Of a DNA stretch of 64,000 nucleotides, positions 59,401 through 64,000 are shown piece after piece. The notes under the pieces were generated by a model. It worked only from the letters and a program-made list of their open reading frames with translations. It had not been told where the DNA came from and did not search any database. How positions within the stretch are numbered: the first letter of the stretch is position 1; each line of letters starts with the position of its first letter. Source of the DNA: Porphyridium purpureum (taxonomy: Eukaryota); contig VRMN01000019.1 in assembly GCA_008690995.1 (NCBI GenBank), positions 124,001 to 188,000 on the forward strand, in the 5' to 3' direction. Both the position numbers and the translations under genes were made by a program.

Positions 59401-59619
59401 AAGGGCAAAGTAGCGTTACGAAATCGACGCGGTTCACGCTTACTGGGCTCGGGCGTCTCTGTCAGCAAGGCCCAAAATCGGGCGCGCACGCCTGCCAACG
59501 CTGCAAATAGTAGCGTGAGCGCAGCAGCGATGCAGCGAACCAAGCGCCGTGCTAACAAAAAGGCGCTTTCACGTGTGCTTGACCGGCTCGACTGCTCGCG
59601 CGAAGTCCATTCGGAATGA
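56497..59619 (+). CDS. Pentatricopeptide-repeat (PPR) protein, probably organelle-targeted
   Basis: 1040 aa; PTRAAYHALF, PCAETYAMVVRAC, PNAGVYAALIRGFGQ..LEEALQVW. True start may be MFVGS at 56512. Confidence 0.75.
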   Translation: MRMDGMFVGSGGAVGVRVRWRKVLVCELQTQRACGGEDVAAVDSACGSEAAHRMRAGQTVRRSAVPASAALEALLAGSAQIEEKSRPDAIQCTRVVMQRALSARRPDVALRAFQTFVKGHLLRSDSASDQHLVALAMVSALQIKSPKRAMIIYRAARGAALAMKRQTLDQLVAGLASNRWVQQAMQVHEENGRFPLSHHAAAACIDALGALPSPDGLDHAIAVFDSSQALYNESERQTVVAALIRACFAAGLDVGSVSSLLKERDCQWHEHASTAFEMFRQTVQLACVRLTASSTSEAAALHQPEFLFAGARKVLLKAQEAAVSKATGTDYLNTAMRVFVELEDPVGAAQFLRQCEAFRAWPELARVVALMAEEHSSLSDAESGDESEGFNAQLTSNVPSDRSGDQSLPDEALALEADTKTVSLLTEAAVRSDCFVLEMASIVHGVEEMLGNERDAELLLAQSLLSFRIADPRHPPLMWIRKLNAALVRHHAACTASTDSHDMFVVRILDTLAHCTFSGSFSDDSEMHAERRRFRSRVVQMAQQCFDEMCGNNGDNNNGVHGGSGVALKPTRAAYHALFRVFESGTAAHPKAASALLDNMHLDAVHRPEVAPCAETYAMVVRACTAVDLDMRRAMFFFDDLVSRGISPNAGVYAALIRGFGQKLQLEEALQVWRMARSSVSSSASVSHHQQQQSSLLPAPVVCEAMVECCMQHPRGIPHAIALLEEMHSAGMKSSLPVFACYDEMISSCRSAQDMRELLSGFSEHFGNAAALASGDHGDSEATDEEDIVLEDSPEWMAHESPTSRDTISDLTLGAILASMSSSSDSDTKRAQKWALQRVLNAMKVSGKKPNQLVMDYFALDGRAPLPKMSKKKMRFLRDVRSQGRGKDSLSEASLTQANNASSTRKQVLVKLRQAALREFSLLNEWRTGKQPNTSTQEQSESGARQQTKTISSYAVSRSGASGAKHQRKGKVALRNRRGSRLLGSGVSVSKAQNRARTPANAANSSVSAAAMQRTKRRANKKALSRVLDRLDCSREVHSE

Positions 59620-59643
59620 TTTTGCATGATCCAAGCGAACGCC

Positions 59644-62181
59644 TCACTCGAGAATAAAAACGCCCTTGGTATTTTTGCGGTAGTCATCATACAGTTCTAG
59701 GAGATTCAGCGGTGTGCGTGGCCCAACACGGCGCCGCGCCAGCTCGAAATGGCGCTGGCATACCGTGCGAGCATGCTCTGGGTCCTCTTCGAGTGCAGCG
59801 AGCGACGCTTCACGCACCAGGGCGGCGAGCTCTGCGCCGCTCATGCCGTGGCAATCGTCCGCTATCCGGTCCAAATCCACGGCGTCTTTCTCAGTGGCCA
59901 GTGGGACGCGCTTTGTGTGCACGCGCAGAATCTCGCGGCGTTCTGCGCACGTGGGAAGACCCACATAGATCATGCGGTCAATCCGACCTGGACGCAGAAG
60001 CGCGGTATCGATGGTGTCTGGCCGGTTGGTTGCGGCCAGCATCAAAATGCCCTGGTTATGGCTTCGTCCAGAAATACCGTCCAATTCGGTGAGCAGTTGC
60101 GCGAGTACGCGGTGCTCTGCTTTAGACGCCGACTCGTTCCCACGCTTGACCGCCAGCGCGTCAATCTCATCAAAAAACACCACGCACGGCGCGGCGGTGC
60201 GCGCGCGCCGAAAGGTCTCGCGCACTGCCTTTTCAGACTCACCCACCCACTTGCTCAGGAGCTCAGCACCCTTAATGGCGATAAAGTTTGCCGCGCATTC
60301 GGTCGCGACTGCTTTGGCCAGTAGTGTCTTGCTGCACCCGGGCGGCCCAAACAGCAGGATGCCGCGCGGCGCCGGAATGGCCGACGCGCTTTGGTTCAAC
60401 GCCCAGCTCATGGCCTCCTTCAGAACCACTTTTGTTCGCAGCTGACCGCCAATTTCGTCCCAGCCCACGCGAGCAACCTGCACTTCCACCTCACGTAGCG
60501 CGCTCGGCTTGATTTTGCCGAGCGAAGCACTTGGGCAGATTCTGGCGCCGGGGCCTTGCGAAAGGTTACTCCATACGTGTACCGACTCACGCCATAGAGC
60601 GACGAGGTCTGCCGCTACAAAGCCGTGTGCGTCGCGCGCAGCCACCGCCAACTCGCGGTCGTCCACCATTTCATCACGCAAGGCGTCGCGTGCCACTGCA
60701 CGCAAAATGTCTAGCCGCTCCTGCTCGGACGGAACGTCAACCATGATTTCCTGGCCAAAACGACCCGCACGGCGAAGCGATGCGTGAACGGCGTCTATTC
60801 GGTTTGTAGTCCCAATGACAAAGACGGTGCGTGGCTCGATTTCGTCCATCAAGCTCGCGATACGTGCATGCAGGCTTGACCAAAGGGCATGTGCGGATGA
60901 GGACGAGGACGATGCTGAGACTGAACTGCCGCCCGCCGTCGCGGTGGCAGGTGCAATGGCGTCAAGTTCATCCAACAGCAGCACGCACGGCGCCATCATG
61001 GCGGCGCGCTCAAACGCCTCGCTCAGCTTTTCGTTCTCAAGCCCGATATCGCCCCCCATCATGTCGGATGCGTGGAACACGTGCGTGTTCAGGTAAAGCG
61101 CACGACACAGTTGCGTGGATACCAAGGTCTTGCCCGTGCCTGGCACGCCGTACAGGATCACGCCCTTGGGTCTTTGAATGCCCGGCTCAATGTCGCGCCC
61201 AAACGCAAGCGCCAAAAGCACGGTCAGACGATCCACTACTGCGTGCATTCCGCCGAGGCGCAGCTCCGCAAGTCGCTCCTCGATCCCAGCTCGCTCCCAC
61301 GTACTTGCCACATCTATACGATGTTGACGGAGCAAAGCGTGCTCAAGATCCGCTTCCAAAACGTCGCCGGCACATGGTACGACTGCCACGCGCGTGGCCT
61401 CTGTGCACACATACGCGGATAAGGGCATCTCACCTGCGTCGCAACTTTGGCTCACAATGTCGTTTGCGCGCATCACACTATGCACCGTCAGCTCAACTGG
61501 ACGTCCGAGATACAGCACGCGAACGCGCTTCTGCGGGTACACGACCGTGCCGCCGAGTTCGATTCGAAGCGCCAATATACGGTCCGGATGCCACTCTTGT
61601 CCTCGGCACGTCGCGTGCTGCGGAGACGCACAGTCCAGGACTCGCAACACCACCTGTTCGGCCGGGTGTGTCGCAAGCACTTTGCGTACAGAAATCTGTG
61701 CGCGTGAGTCGCCCCTTTCTGGCACGGAGCGTGAAACTCCGTCTTCTGCGGCTCGTTCCGATTCGCCAAAAGCTGGCGTCCTTGCACGACTGCGCGTGTG
61801 CTCCTTTTCCTTTTTCTTGGCTTTCTTCTTGGCGCTTGTCTTGCTTGCGCTCGCCGTGCTGGCCGGACTGGCTTCCAGCTGTGCGGCGGCGTCACGCTGG
61901 CCATCAACGACATCCTGCAGCTTCAAGACGCCATCGAACACATGCTCTGGCACTCCGACGCATCTCATCATCACCGCGCTGGACGGCCAGCACTGCAACA
62001 CGGCGCACGGGTCCTCGTCTGCTGCGTGCTCACCGCGCAAGCCCACGAACATGCCGAGCGCAAACCCATGCTCGCGCATCCACTGCGGGTGCATCACGCA
62101 CCGCTCTCTCGCGCCATCGTTATCGCTATCGCCACTCGGCCACCGCACTGCGCGCGCGTGCACGACGCGCGGCGCACTCAT
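59644..62181 (-). CDS. Double AAA+ ATPase, AFG2/Drg1/SPATA5-like
   Basis: D1 GVPGTGKT, LDELD, LRRAGRF; D2 GPPGCSKT, FFDEID, LLRPGRID; first ATG at 62181. Confidence 0.85.
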   Translation of the reverse strand: MSAPRVVHARAVRWPSGDSDNDGARERCVMHPQWMREHGFALGMFVGLRGEHAADEDPCAVLQCWPSSAVMMRCVGVPEHVFDGVLKLQDVVDGQRDAAAQLEASPASTASASKTSAKKKAKKKEKEHTRSRARTPAFGESERAAEDGVSRSVPERGDSRAQISVRKVLATHPAEQVVLRVLDCASPQHATCRGQEWHPDRILALRIELGGTVVYPQKRVRVLYLGRPVELTVHSVMRANDIVSQSCDAGEMPLSAYVCTEATRVAVVPCAGDVLEADLEHALLRQHRIDVASTWERAGIEERLAELRLGGMHAVVDRLTVLLALAFGRDIEPGIQRPKGVILYGVPGTGKTLVSTQLCRALYLNTHVFHASDMMGGDIGLENEKLSEAFERAAMMAPCVLLLDELDAIAPATATAGGSSVSASSSSSSAHALWSSLHARIASLMDEIEPRTVFVIGTTNRIDAVHASLRRAGRFGQEIMVDVPSEQERLDILRAVARDALRDEMVDDRELAVAARDAHGFVAADLVALWRESVHVWSNLSQGPGARICPSASLGKIKPSALREVEVQVARVGWDEIGGQLRTKVVLKEAMSWALNQSASAIPAPRGILLFGPPGCSKTLLAKAVATECAANFIAIKGAELLSKWVGESEKAVRETFRRARTAAPCVVFFDEIDALAVKRGNESASKAEHRVLAQLLTELDGISGRSHNQGILMLAATNRPDTIDTALLRPGRIDRMIYVGLPTCAERREILRVHTKRVPLATEKDAVDLDRIADDCHGMSGAELAALVREASLAALEEDPEHARTVCQRHFELARRRVGPRTPLNLLELYDDYRKNTKGVFILE

Positions 62182-62831
62182 CGACGCGGCCGGCCTCCAC
62201 TCCTCCAAAGCATCACCACCGCCGTGTCGCTCTCTCGCTCTCTCTCTCTCTTCTCTCTAATCCCAAAAAGTCCAAAACAGTTTATCGACTCGACTCAAAC
62301 CGATCGAGCACGTTTATGTGAAACTCCACACGTTTACTATACTCTACTGTACCTCTCGCCCTCCGCACCAGAAACCAATAAACCATTAAACCGATAATGG
62401 AACATAAACCGATAAGCCAGTCATGGCACATCAAACCGATAAGTCGATAAACCGCCTAGAAGCTGGTCAGCCGATCCGGACGCAATAAACCGATGAGTCG
62501 ATAAACCGTCTAGCCGTTGAGAGTCTAGGGTTTCTCCACGTGTTCGCTGTACTCAGGAAGTACAGTGATTCCGGGGGTGGGTGGTTTCCACGTGGAATGC
62601 GCGGCAAATCGGTTTATCGGCTCATGGCGGCTGGGGGGGCCGTTTTATATGAAAAGTGTGTCGTTTTGATAGAGAGCGCGGAGTGTACCTTAGTGCGGGG
62701 TGTTCAGTGAGTGCGTGAGAAACCGTTTGGACCGGAATTGGCGCGCGGGAGGCGGGTGGCTGGGGGGGGGGAGACGCAGCGTGGTGGACTGGTGGGTGGG
62801 TGTGGGTGGGTTTGCTGGGACGATTGGAGGG

Positions 62832-64000
62832 ATGTCTAGCGCGACGCTGCTGGCAACGGCGGGGTATGACCATGGCATTCGGTTCTGGGAGGTGGCGACG
62901 GGCGTGCCGTACCGCACAATCCAGTTTGGCGACTCGCAGGTGAATCGGCTCCGCTTCTCGCCAGACAGGCTGCTGCTGGCCGCCGCGGGCAATCCGCGCA
63001 TCTCGCTCTTTGATGTGTCCTCCTCAAACCCAAACCCGTTTTACGTGTGCGATGGGCACAAGGGAAATGTCATGTCCGTCGAGTTTGGTCAGCTGGCAAC
63101 CGCCGCGCCGTCGGGCTCGGGCGGAGGCACCTCGCTGCTCGTGTCGTGCAGCGATGATGCCACCATGAAAGTGTGGGACACACGGACTCAAGGCGCGGTG
63201 CAGACTCTGCAGAACACAAGCGCCGATCCGCTCACAGACTTTTGCCTCGTGGGAACGCGCCATGGCGTCTCCGTGGACGCGGGAGGCATGATCAAGGTGT
63301 GGGACATGACCATGGGCAAGCTCGTGAGCGCGGTTGCCCCTCCACCGCCGCTTCCGCCTCCAGAAACAAACACGGGATTCGCATCATCGTCTAGAAGCGC
63401 CACCAGCACGAGCCTGCAGTCGCTCTCGCTGCACAGTCCGACCGGTCGACTGGCCGCGTCGTGCAAGACGGGCACCGTGTTCATCTACAAGCTTGATTTC
63501 GCAGATCCGCAGCTCATTCAACCGGCGCAAAGTTTACCGAGCTCAATGCAGGCGAGCGAAGGAGCACCACTGTCGTCATCGTCATCTTTTCCACCGCAAT
63601 CAGGACCATCGTCCAGTTCGCCGCAGCCGTCGTCACCGCAGCATCCGACTGGCAAGAGCAGCAGTAGCAGCACCGCCCGGGCGGATGGTGCGAATCTGCT
63701 GAGCCTGGAGACCGTGGTTCCCGTGCACCGTCGGTACATTCTTCGCGTCGGATGGAGCGCGGATGGAAAGATGCTGGCCACAGCGCAGGATGACGGCAGC
63801 GTGCGGATATGGACCGAGCAAGAACGTGACGCCGCGGTACGCGACGGCGCGACGGACGGCCATGTGTCGGATGTCGGCAGCGGTTCGCTGCCTTTTGATC
63901 ATCAGCAGCTCGCTGGCCATCAAGCGCAGTCAGGTGCCCCGGGCGTAGCAGGCGCAGGTGGTGCAGCAACGACCAACTTTAGAAACGTCGCGGTCTTGGC
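62832..64000 (+). CDS. LST8: TOR complex subunit LST8 (partial, runs off the window)
   Basis: MSSATLLATAGYDHGIRFWEVATG..RTIQFGDSQVNRL..LAAAGNP..NPNP..DGHKGNV. Absent from the ORF track, consistent with no stop in the window. Confidence 0.88.
   Translation, partial: MSSATLLATAGYDHGIRFWEVATGVPYRTIQFGDSQVNRLRFSPDRLLLAAAGNPRISLFDVSSSNPNPFYVCDGHKGNVMSVEFGQLATAAPSGSGGGTSLLVSCSDDATMKVWDTRTQGAVQTLQNTSADPLTDFCLVGTRHGVSVDAGGMIKVWDMTMGKLVSAVAPPPPLPPPETNTGFASSSRSATSTSLQSLSLHSPTGRLAASCKTGTVFIYKLDFADPQLIQPAQSLPSSMQASEGAPLSSSSSFPPQSGPSSSSPQPSSPQHPTGKSSSSSTARADGANLLSLETVVPVHRRYILRVGWSADGKMLATAQDDGSVRIWTEQERDAAVRDGATDGHVSDVGSGSLPFDHQQLAGHQAQSGAPGVAGAGGAATTNFRNVAVL

Noticed and set aside
60831..62321. 496-aa + strand ORF and similar long antisense ORFs (42612-43646, 52038-53036, 45433-46401)
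   Set aside because: Shadow ORFs expected in GC-rich DNA; they overlap well-supported genes or lack any domain signal.

Overview
Eukaryotic, GC-rich, essentially intronless DNA. It resembles a compact unicellular red-alga-type nuclear genome, inferred from the intronless genes and Phe-bearing transit-peptide-like N-termini. Two gene-dense blocks (0.5-3.1 kb and 29.3-64 kb) carry an F-box-like protein, TMEM161, two tandem multi-TM class-3 lipases, an FCP1-like protein, PP5, a 3xRRM protein, GPX, DNA polymerase alpha, DUF1415, a PPR protein, an AFG2/SPATA5-like ATPase and LST8. They flank a ~25 kb transposon island (3.5-29.1 kb). The island holds three Tc1-type DDE elements, copia and gypsy relics, a SET-domain ORF and a stack of nested LTRs resolved by target-site duplications. 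The best candidate for a novel system is a full-length Ty1/copia element (22280-28780, TSD GGCTC). It has no tRNA primer-binding site; instead the 15 nt after its 5' LTR are perfectly complementary to a sequence inside its own LTR, the Tf1-style self-priming geometry. It also has non-canonical TG...CT LTR ends and an in-frame UGA-CGG gag/pol boundary. A second, minus-strand element appears chimeric: gypsy-like Gag/protease in frame with copia-order INT-RT, plus a half-tRNAiMet PBS. All calls are by-eye motif recognition; no database searches were run.
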